Shown here in pieces: positions 16,294 through 23,272 of a stretch of 37,599 bases of DNA; position 1 is the first letter of the stretch; each line of letters begins with the position of its first letter. Under the pieces are notes generated by a model. That model did not search any database, was not told the DNA's origin, and saw only the letters and a list, made by a program, of their open reading frames with translations. The position numbers and the translations under genes were made by a program. Source of the stretch: Candidatus Limnocylindria bacterium. Its GTDB lineage: Bacteria > Chloroflexota > Limnocylindria > Limnocylindrales > CSP1-4. Where the stretch lies: positions 1 through 37,599 of the forward strand of contig JBGPMJ010000001.1 in the NCBI GenBank assembly GCA_041486935.1, given 5' to 3'.

Positions 16294-17728
16294 TAACAAC
16301 CTCGGGCAAGAGCACAGCCAGCCCATGGTCGTAGGCGGCCGGGGTCAGCCGCGCTCCCACGATCTGTCGCCCCACGACCTCGATCCGCTCGTAGATCGCG
16401 TGCAGCAACTCCGCCTTCGCCTGCGGGACGTCGGCGTGCTGCCAGGTCTCGCCGATGGCCCGCAGCCAGGTGACCGCTCGCTCGGCCGTGACCCCGCCAG
16501 CTGGCGCTTCCAGCAGGTCCGCGAGCCCGGCCCGGAGATGGCCGATCCGCGCGAGGTAGGCGTCGTCGCCGATCCGCCCCGCGACGTGCTCGAGGGCCAG
16601 CTCGCGCATCTGCTTCTCGAGGCGCCTCGTGTCGATCGAGATCGGCCGGCGGGTGGAGGCGAGGACGCCGACGACCTGGGCGATCGTCGCGTCGTCGAGC
16701 TGCATGGTGCTGACCTGGGCGAGGACCGGTCCCTCCCAGGTCACGTCCGGCAGGCGCGCTCGTGGGCCCCACGCCGTGCAAGGCTCGGGATGGAGCTTGC
16801 GATGCTGACCGTTGGCGAAGGTGCCGTCGGAGCGCAATCGTCGTCCGCAGACGCATTCGAGGAGACCGGCGAGCAGATCGACGCGCTCGTGCTGGCGGGG
16901 GCCACCGCCGCGCGCCTTGTTGCGACGGACCTCCTCGGCCCGCGCCCACAGCGCATCGGACACCGGCGGATCGGCGCGCCAGGGGGCGGCTCGGCGCAGC
17001 TCGTCGGGACCGCGGTGACGGCGCATCCAGCCGTTGTAGAGGGGGTTGCGCAGGATCTTCTCGATGCGGCGGACCTTGTAGCCAGTCTCGCGGGCCAGCT
17101 GCTCCGCCGACACGGTGCCTAGGGCGTAGCGGTCGAAGAGCGCCACGGCCCCGTCGATGGCGGCGGGGTCGACCTCGAGCGTGTGCGGCGGCTCGGGTGA
17201 TCGCCGGAAGCCGAGCGGGGGCAGGCCGCCCTGGTCGCCGTACTGGTCGAATTTCGCCGCGTAGCCGTCCGTGATCCGCTCGCCGAGCCGACGGCTGTAG
17301 CGCTCGGAGGCGGCCGACTCGGCGACGAGCTCATCCCAGTCCTGGGGATCGGAGGAGAGGATCCGCCGGTCGCACATGAAGAGGGCCACGCCCACCGGAT
17401 GGAGGCCATCCTCGAGGAGCTCCAGCGTGCGGCGCAGGTTGCGCTGCCACCGATCCGAATAGCCAGCGAGCAAGAGGTCGAAGCCACCAGCACGCGCCGA
17501 CTCGAGCATCGCTGTCATGGTGGGTGAGCGCCAGACCGTCGTGCCCGAGTGCGCCACCTGCCAGACGAGCCCCGTGTCGACGAGCCCATAGCGCTCGATG
17601 GCGCGGTCCTGCTGCTCGCGCTGGCTGCCGGGCCCGAAGCGGTCGTACTGGCCCGGCCTCGACTCGCGGATCCAGCGCGCGGCCCGGAGGCCGCGCACCT
17701 CGTCGATCGAGCGCGGGAGCCGTCTCAT
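16229..17728 (-). CDS. large serine recombinase (integrase)
   Basis: Resolvase-type N-terminus RAARWIRESRPGQ...GSQREQ, YSDRWQRNLR, and E-helix ERYSRRLGERITDG. Recombinase domain EKILRNPLYNGW, Zn-ribbon LECVCGRRL, and a coiled-coil tail. Start at MRRLPRS (17728, ATGA overlap with the upstream ORF). The 609-aa ORF extension is Arg-rich shadow. Confidence 0.85.
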   Translation of the reverse strand: MRRLPRSIDEVRGLRAARWIRESRPGQYDRFGPGSQREQQDRAIERYGLVDTGLVWQVAHSGTTVWRSPTMTAMLESARAGGFDLLLAGYSDRWQRNLRRTLELLEDGLHPVGVALFMCDRRILSSDPQDWDELVAESAASERYSRRLGERITDGYAAKFDQYGDQGGLPPLGFRRSPEPPHTLEVDPAAIDGAVALFDRYALGTVSAEQLARETGYKVRRIEKILRNPLYNGWMRRHRGPDELRRAAPWRADPPVSDALWARAEEVRRNKARGGGPRQHERVDLLAGLLECVCGRRLRSDGTFANGQHRKLHPEPCTAWGPRARLPDVTWEGPVLAQVSTMQLDDATIAQVVGVLASTRRPISIDTRRLEKQMRELALEHVAGRIGDDAYLARIGHLRAGLADLLEAPAGGVTAERAVTWLRAIGETWQHADVPQAKAELLHAIYERIEVVGRQIVGARLTPAAYDHGLAVLLPEVVMAPPAGFEPATFRLEGGCSVH

Positions 17729-17940
17729 GAGGCTCGGCCGCCGTGGAGCTCGGTGATCGGCATGGCCGGCATGTTTGCTCTGTCTCGAGGCAATGCGCAA
17801 GGCAACTCCGCGGGGCCGCCCGGATAGCGGGCGTCGAGCGCCTCGACGTAGCGGGCCAGCGCGACGATGAGCGGGTCGGGATGGCGCGAAAGCGTCCCTG
17901 GCTGGGAGGGCCCGTGATCCAACCCGACGCCCGGGGCCAT
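17725..17940 (-). CDS. small ORF translationally coupled to the serine recombinase
   Basis: Its stop overlaps the recombinase ATG (ATGA at 17725-17728). The plausible segment is DPLIVALARYVEALDARYPGGPAEL. The start at MAPGVG (17940) is a guess. Confidence 0.35.
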   Translation of the reverse strand: MAPGVGLDHGPSQPGTLSRHPDPLIVALARYVEALDARYPGGPAELPCALPRDRANMPAMPITELHGGRAS

Positions 17941-17972
17941 GTCGCCGCCGAGGTGTCCCGTCGCTGCGTTGG

Positions 17973-18221
17973 TCACGGGACCGCCTCCAGCACCGCCACT
18001 GCGGCGGCGACGCAGGGCCCGCAACGGTACCGTTCGTCGGGGGCCAGTGACTCGCCACACGAGCAGCACGTGCCTGGCGGCCGACGGGCGTCCGGCCGGG
18101 CGAGGAAGAGGGGGATAGATCCCTCTGCGTGCACCTGCGGGCGCATGGCGGCGATCCGCCAGGCGACCGCAGGGTCGAGCGCAGGACGATCCTCGATTAG
18201 GAAGCGACGGGCGAGGTCCAA
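17973..18221 (-). CDS. small Cys-rich (Zn-ribbon-like) protein
   Basis: C-terminal CCSCGESLAPDERYRCGPC. The start is uncertain (TTG 18221 or ATG 18146). It lies between the DUF3987 stop and the recombinase operon. Confidence 0.35.
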   Translation of the reverse strand: MDLARRFLIEDRPALDPAVAWRIAAMRPQVHAEGSIPLFLARPDARRPPGTCCSCGESLAPDERYRCGPCVAAAVAVLEAVP

Positions 18222-18248
18222 GTAGGGCTGGGTCGCGGCTCCGGGATG

Positions 18249-18275
18249 CGACCGAAGCGACGAAAGCGACCGAAG
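18249..18275. repeat. 3 x 9-bp tandem array CGACCGAAG / CGACGAAAG / CGACCGAAG
   Basis: Read directly from the sequence. It is the inverted partner of 19520-19546 and ends 1 nt before the DUF3987 stop codon. Confidence 0.85.
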
Positions 18276-18276
18276 G

Positions 18277-19644
18277 TCAGGCACGCTGCCATACCTCGAC
18301 CGGTCTGCCGCCGGTCGCGCGCGGTTCCACGCGAGCGAGGCCGGCCTCCAGCAGGACGCCGAGCGCGACGTCGACCTGCGGCTCGGAGGCGTGGCGGCCC
18401 AGCAGATCCCGGATCTCGGTGCGCGTGAGCTCGTCGGCCTGACCGAGCGCCCGCAGGATGCGGTCGGCGAGCGGATTGCCGGTCGCCTCACCGAAGAGGA
18501 AGCGCACGGAGCGCTCGGCGTAGCCCCAGACCTCGACGGCCGCCTGGAGGTGCACCGGCTCCACGACCACCGAGCGATCCAGTAGCGCGTAGAGGATCGC
18601 TAGTCTGAGGACGTGGGCCTCGGCCCGCGCCAGCATCGCGCCTACGAGCCCGGGGTGGGCGCGGGAGAGGTCTGCGTAGATGGCCCCCCAGAGTTCACGG
18701 GCGGGCTGGCTCCGCTCGATCCGGCCCTGGGCGCGGGCGAACGCGATCCTGTTGCGCAGCTCGTCCGCCACGAGTTGGACGGGGCGACCCTCGAAGGGTT
18801 CCGGCTCGGGCAGCAGCTTGCTGCGCCGCGCTACCATCACCAGCCAGCGGTTCATGAAGCCGTTAGCGGCCTCGGAGTCGGAGAGTTCGCGGCGCAGCTC
18901 GTCGGCGGTGATGTGGCCGACGGTCGAGACGTGGGCCCCGGTAGCCCGGAGGTGCGTCCCCTTCGTGATCACCGCCAGGTCGCCCCCGTCCCAGGCGTCC
19001 CGCATGATCATCGAGAGGATGCTGCCCTGCCGGCCGGCGACGCGCAGGATGCGAGCGAGCTCGGGCTCCACGACGAGGAGGCGCTTGTCGTTCTCGCCTT
19101 CGTCGGCGACGACCGTCTCGTACCGGGTGACGCGGCCACCCTCGCGCACCGGTTCGAGGCGGGTCGTCGGGTCCCGCACCGCCCATATCACCCCCTCGCC
19201 AGAGCCGAAGCCAGAGTGGATGCGCCGGGCGCAGTAGTCCGGGTCGGCCAACTCGAAGATGCGCCGCACCGGGCTGAAGCTGTCGCCCTTGCGCGCCTTG
19301 GCCGTGTCGCCCACGACCATGACGTTCGTGTTCGTCCCGTGTCGCGTGGCGCCGACCATCGCATGCGGCTCGGGGCCGATCACGGAGCCGAACAGCACGA
19401 GCGTCTGGCCCAGGACGGCGACGGGATCGCCCTCGGTATGGGGATCGATGGCCTCGACGATGCGCCCTGCGAGCCCGTGGTACGCCACCGTGGCCGGGCG
19501 TTCAGGCCATGCCGCCGCACTTCGGTCGCTTCGGTCGCTTTGGTCGCGCAGCCCGTCCGGCCGATCGTCGGCTGAGGGCCGTCTTGCGCCGTGGCGGGCG
19601 CTGCCCAGGCTTTCCCGCGGGTCAGTCGAAGCGGGCCCGTTCAT
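18277..19644 (-). CDS. DUF3987-family protein (YfjI-like, helicase/primase-associated protein of integrative elements)
   Basis: 455 aa. YHGLAGRIVEAIDPHTEGDPVAVLGQTLVLFGSVIG matches the N-terminal signature I associate with DUF3987. The context is an integrative element. Confidence 0.65.
   Translation of the reverse strand: MNGPASTDPRESLGSARHGARRPSADDRPDGLRDQSDRSDRSAAAWPERPATVAYHGLAGRIVEAIDPHTEGDPVAVLGQTLVLFGSVIGPEPHAMVGATRHGTNTNVMVVGDTAKARKGDSFSPVRRIFELADPDYCARRIHSGFGSGEGVIWAVRDPTTRLEPVREGGRVTRYETVVADEGENDKRLLVVEPELARILRVAGRQGSILSMIMRDAWDGGDLAVITKGTHLRATGAHVSTVGHITADELRRELSDSEAANGFMNRWLVMVARRSKLLPEPEPFEGRPVQLVADELRNRIAFARAQGRIERSQPARELWGAIYADLSRAHPGLVGAMLARAEAHVLRLAILYALLDRSVVVEPVHLQAAVEVWGYAERSVRFLFGEATGNPLADRILRALGQADELTRTEIRDLLGRHASEPQVDVALGVLLEAGLARVEPRATGGRPVEVWQRA
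19520..19546. repeat. 3 x 9-bp tandem array CTTCGGTCG / CTTCGGTCG / CTTTGGTCG
   Basis: Read directly from the sequence. It is the reverse complement of the unit at 18249-18275. It lies in the N-terminal coding region of the DUF3987 gene and encodes DRSDRS. Confidence 0.85.
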
Positions 19645-19891
19645 GCCGGCCTCAGCTGCTGGTACGGCGGGTGGCAGCTCGCGCAGAAGGTGGAGCCGTC
19701 CGCCCGGATCGCTGGCACGTGACCGCGCCGCCCTCCTTCAGCTCGAAGTCGGCGATGGTCGCGGCCTTGCGCTCGTGGCCTGCACGGCTCGGCAGGTAGC
19801 CGAGCGAGCGGGGCGTCTTCTTGCCGCTCTCGTCCTTCTGCCCGCCGTCGGCGATGAAGGCGAAGGAGGAATCGGGCGGGGTGTTCAACAT
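19641..19891 (-). pseudogene. small ORF whose coding signal switches frame (5' part in frame of 19652..19891, 3' part in frame of 19641..19913)
   Basis: Third-position GC is about 94% in the first frame up to ..ADFELKEGG. Beyond that it is higher in the other frame (HVPAIRADGSTFCASCHPPYQQLRPA*), whose stop overlaps the DUF3987 ATG (ATGA). Confidence 0.4.
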
Positions 19892-20103
19892 CGCGGTATC
19901 CCAGACTGGCCACGGCCGGACCCTACCGAGCCCCCCCTTGTTGGCCCCCTTGTGCGGGCCCTGTTCATTCCGCCGCGGCCGCTCACCCCCGCGCGGGCGA
20001 TACCCCTCTCAGCGGCAAGCTGAGTCTGGGTCACGCCCGCCCGCGTTCGCTGAAGACGCAGGTCGAGGCCCCGCACCGTTCGAATACATACCGTCGTAAG
20101 CAT
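19885..20103 (-). CDS. XRE-family helix-turn-helix regulator (C-terminal part doubtful)
   Basis: LRLQRTRAGVTQTQLAAERGIARAGVS is a typical HTH_3 core. The tail is low-complexity with low third-position GC. Confidence 0.45.
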   Translation of the reverse strand: MLTTVCIRTVRGLDLRLQRTRAGVTQTQLAAERGIARAGVSGRGGMNRARTRGPTRGGSVGSGRGQSGIPRC

Positions 20104-20123
20104 CGTCGGGCTAAGCTTCAGGC

Positions 20124-20750
20124 GTGCCCAGCTCCGACCGGGATGCCGCGCTCAAAATGCTACAAACAATCGACGGCGCCGGGATCATGCCGGCACCGGC
20201 GTCCGAAGAGCTGCTCGCATTGCTCCAGGATCTCCGGCCGTGGGCGAACGAGGGCGCCGTGGCGACCCACCTGCGCAACTGGGCAGACCGGCACTGGGGT
20301 GAAGGCGCCCTCACGCCGGGTAATGCGGACGGTGCTGCCGAAGTAGCGGCCTTTCTCTCCCGCTGCGGACGGGCCACGAACTCGCCGGACGATCGGACTG
20401 CTCTCTGGGTCACGGACACCATGCTCCGCAGGGTCGCGCACGGACGGCCACCAACGGGCAGTGATCCGGTCACCGACTACGTAGTGGGGTATCCGCCCTC
20501 CACGACGCGACGCTGGCGCAAGACCGCCCGCGACACCGCCGGCGACGGTTACGACGATGGTGGACTGTCCATCGCCCTCGAGAGGATCCAGCGCGAGCTT
20601 GACCTCGCCGGCCTCGTTCAGAAGCGGTATACCCTGCCGAACGCGCGGGCCTGGCTCCAGCGGAATCGAGGAAAGCATGCGCGGGATGCGCCACCGCCAC
20701 GTCTGCGCCGAATTGACGCCCGTCACCCAGCCAAGAACGAGGGTGGCTAG
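20124..20750 (+). CDS. hypothetical protein, divergent from the XRE gene
   Basis: 208 aa with balanced composition and third-position GC of about 75-80%. I recognise no motif. The start may be the internal MLQTIDG (20157). Confidence 0.5.
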   Translation: MPSSDRDAALKMLQTIDGAGIMPAPASEELLALLQDLRPWANEGAVATHLRNWADRHWGEGALTPGNADGAAEVAAFLSRCGRATNSPDDRTALWVTDTMLRRVAHGRPPTGSDPVTDYVVGYPPSTTRRWRKTARDTAGDGYDDGGLSIALERIQRELDLAGLVQKRYTLPNARAWLQRNRGKHARDAPPPRLRRIDARHPAKNEGG

Positions 20751-21001
20751 GAGATCAGCCTCGACGCCCCTCGGAGCGCCGCCTCGTTGCTCTCAATCGC
20801 CCTTGGGTTGAATCGTTACGTGCTTAGGCCAGTCAGTCGGCCGCGCCGCCAACCAGCGGTCGATCTCGTCGCCTTCAGGGTTGAGGGTGTGAATGTGGGT
20901 CGATGGGGACCGGCAAAGATGCCAGCCGAGATCCGTCTCCTGCACGGCCGGTAGGACCGGGCCGGGTGAGGCGGCGCGCTGGGGCGCAGCTGGCGCGGCC
21001 C

Positions 21002-21079
21002 TTAGAGGCCGAGCGCCACTGCGACATCCGGCCCCGTTCGGTCGGTCTCATCGTCGAACCGCCGCAAGTAGACCGCCTG
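21002..21079 (-). pseudogene. 3'-terminal remnant (last ~25 codons) of a second tyrosine integrase
   Basis: It translates to QAVYLRRFDDETDRTGPDVAVALGL*, compared with TTVYLRRLEGEADRTWPDVAVAIGV* at the end of the intact integrase. Nucleotide identity is 54/74, ungapped, against 22073-22146. Confidence 0.75.
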
Positions 21080-21080
21080 G

Positions 21081-21932
21081 CTACCTTGGCGGGAAGGCGG
21101 TCGCGAGGACGCGGATCAGTCGTTCGATGGCCGCCCCATCCAACACCTGCCCATGGGTGATGAGCTCCCGGATGGAGCGCTTCCCCTCGAGGCGCACACC
21201 GCGATAAGACTCCGGCGGCCTGAACAGCGGCCACTCACCCTCGACGAAGCAGAGCACCGGGGTGATCGGGGGCATGACCTCGAGAGCGGCCGACTGGAGG
21301 GCGCGCTCGACCGCTGCGACCTGCCAGCCCATGTTCTCCGCGAGCTCCGAGCAGTCCCGGCGACCGACGTACAGGCGCAGGTCGGTCCTGAAGAGGCCGC
21401 CCCGGTCCCGGATCCGGATGAGGCCTTCGTAGTGCTTCGCATCGACGACGAACACGCCGGCTGGGGCGACGACGAGGTGGTCGATGTTCCCGCTCGTGCC
21501 CGGCACGCTCCGATCGTGGAGCACCCTCACGCCGGGGACCCCGGCGCGCGACTCGGCGAGTTCCTCCTCGCCGAGTGCGCCCCGCGCCCAGGCGCGGGTC
21601 GACTGGGGCTCCCTGGTAATGGCGAGGACAATGCCGCCAAGGCGATCGCCGAGCTGGCCTTTGACCCGTGCCTCACGGCTGGCCCTCTGACGCTCGTACT
21701 CCCGTCGGGCGGATCCCCCGGCCACGCCGCCATCGGCGACCGGGTCCGGTTCGCCACCGGCACCGGTCGGGCACGCCACGCACCGGACGGTCCGGGTGGG
21801 CTGGTGGTAGAGGGCCTCCGTGTTCTTGGCCAATGGCGTTCCGCACAGGACGCAGGTGCCGGCATAGCGCAAGCGCAGGCGCCTGAGCTCCGGCGCGTGT
21901 GCAGCAGGCTCCTCCGGTGGCCTGGGATCCAT
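21081..21932 (-). CDS. NERD domain protein with N-terminal Zn-ribbon
   Basis: GNIDHLVVAPAGVFVVDAKHYEG is a NERD core. N-terminal CVLCGTPL...VRCVACP is Cys-rich. Start at MDPRPPEE (21932). Confidence 0.7.
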   Translation of the reverse strand: MDPRPPEEPAAHAPELRRLRLRYAGTCVLCGTPLAKNTEALYHQPTRTVRCVACPTGAGGEPDPVADGGVAGGSARREYERQRASREARVKGQLGDRLGGIVLAITREPQSTRAWARGALGEEELAESRAGVPGVRVLHDRSVPGTSGNIDHLVVAPAGVFVVDAKHYEGLIRIRDRGGLFRTDLRLYVGRRDCSELAENMGWQVAAVERALQSAALEVMPPITPVLCFVEGEWPLFRPPESYRGVRLEGKRSIRELITHGQVLDGAAIERLIRVLATAFPPR

Positions 21933-22072
21933 CTGGCCCACAAGTCTAGGCACCTGCCTGCCTGACTGCCCGGTGAGAAGTGCGCACGGCGTCCGCACAA
22001 GGCCCACCGCGGCGCGCCGCCGACCCTTGGCACGACGGCCGGTACGATCGAGGCAGTGCTGATCGACGGCCC

Positions 22073-23038
22073 CTACACCCCGATCGCCACCGCCACATCA
22101 GGCCACGTCCGGTCGGCCTCGCCCTCAAGTCGCCGGAGGTAGACGGTGGTCACCGCGAGCGAGCTGTGGTCGAGGAACGCGCTCACCGCCTCGACCGAGG
22201 CACCGGCGTCCCGTCGAAGCTTCGCCGCCGTGTGCCGGAGGACGTGGAGCCCGGTCGGCGCAAGGCGAGCCGCCGCGAGGTACCGGCGGAACCGCCCGTA
22301 GAACGTGCCGCTTGTGATCCCACAGGGGCGCGCCCCAGCCTGCCAGAGCGACCCGTCCGGTTCCATCGTCGCGAGGTCCTTGCCGGCGTCGGCGAGCGTG
22401 GCGCAGATCGCCTCGAAAGCCGGTCGCGGAAGTTCCCGCCGACCCCGCTTGCCGCCCTTGCCGCGGTAGGCGTAGAAGGCCGTCTCGCCCTCGAGGCTGA
22501 GATCGCCGGCCCGCAGGCTCATCACCTCGGCGCGGCGCCGCCCGGTCAGCACGAGGACCAGGAGCATCGCCCGGTCCCGCCGTCCTGCGACGGTGTCAGG
22601 GACGACCGCGAGCAGGCGACGGACCTCATCCGCTGAGTAGCCGCGAGCGACGGAAGGGACGGTCCGTGGGCGCTCAAGCGCGTCGCACGGGTTGGCGATC
22701 ATCAAACCCATTCGGATGCCGAAGCGATAGAAGGAGCTGAGACAGGCGATCCGTGCGCCGACCGTCGCGGCGGATGGCGTCCGACCCGACAGGCCGATGC
22801 CGTGAGCGTAGGCGAGGACGTCCGAGGCGCGGACCCGATCCGGGGTCGTCACCCGGAAGAACGGCCAGAGCATCCGGGCATAGCTCTCGACCGTGCGGGT
22901 CGAGCCTGAGCGGCTGCGTTTCTCTACCAGGAACGCGTACAGGGCCTGGTCCCACGTGGAGCCGCCGCCGGTGGTACGGGCGGGGAGGAGTTGCGGGTTC
23001 ACGGGCGATCTCCTGAGCGAGTGGATCGACCACATCAC
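22073..23038 (-). CDS. tyrosine recombinase / phage-type integrase
   Basis: The catalytic-domain signatures GRRRAEVMSLR, LHVLRHTAA and LDHSSLAVTTVYL (R..HxxR..Y) are present. Confidence 0.85.
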   Translation of the reverse strand: MMWSIHSLRRSPVNPQLLPARTTGGGSTWDQALYAFLVEKRSRSGSTRTVESYARMLWPFFRVTTPDRVRASDVLAYAHGIGLSGRTPSAATVGARIACLSSFYRFGIRMGLMIANPCDALERPRTVPSVARGYSADEVRRLLAVVPDTVAGRRDRAMLLVLVLTGRRRAEVMSLRAGDLSLEGETAFYAYRGKGGKRGRRELPRPAFEAICATLADAGKDLATMEPDGSLWQAGARPCGITSGTFYGRFRRYLAAARLAPTGLHVLRHTAAKLRRDAGASVEAVSAFLDHSSLAVTTVYLRRLEGEADRTWPDVAVAIGV

Positions 23039-23272
23039 TCACTCAGGAGGGCGTGACAGTCAACACGATGCCAGGATCGTGTGCAAATCGGCTGCGCCGA
23101 TTGGTTCAACCCGACGGCGTTCCGCCATCGCCCGGCGGGCACGGAAGGGCGTGTGACCGCCGAAGCCCCGACTCGGCGCACCCGACGCAGGCAGCGCAGT
23201 AACCAGTTGGCGCATCCCGTCGCTCCTCGTCCCGAGCCTACCCTGCTCTTCCGCTGAGACGGCCGGCGCGCG

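Noticed and set aside
16229-18058. Full 609-aa version of the serine recombinase ORF
   Set aside because: The first 110 codons are Arg/Pro-rich with no resolvase features. The internal ATG at 17728 sits just before the catalytic-Ser motif and overlaps the stop of the upstream ORF.
23086-23128. Possible displaced tRNA-Arg 3' half (GGTTCAACCCGACGGCGTTCCGCCA) next to a 7-bp hairpin upstream of the tyrosine integrase. It would mark a right att site.
   Set aside because: A hand alignment to GGTTCGAATCCTGCCGGGGGCGCCA matches only short blocks (GGTTC, AA, CC, CGCCA). No T-arm or acceptor pairing is possible. This is indistinguishable from chance in GC-rich DNA.
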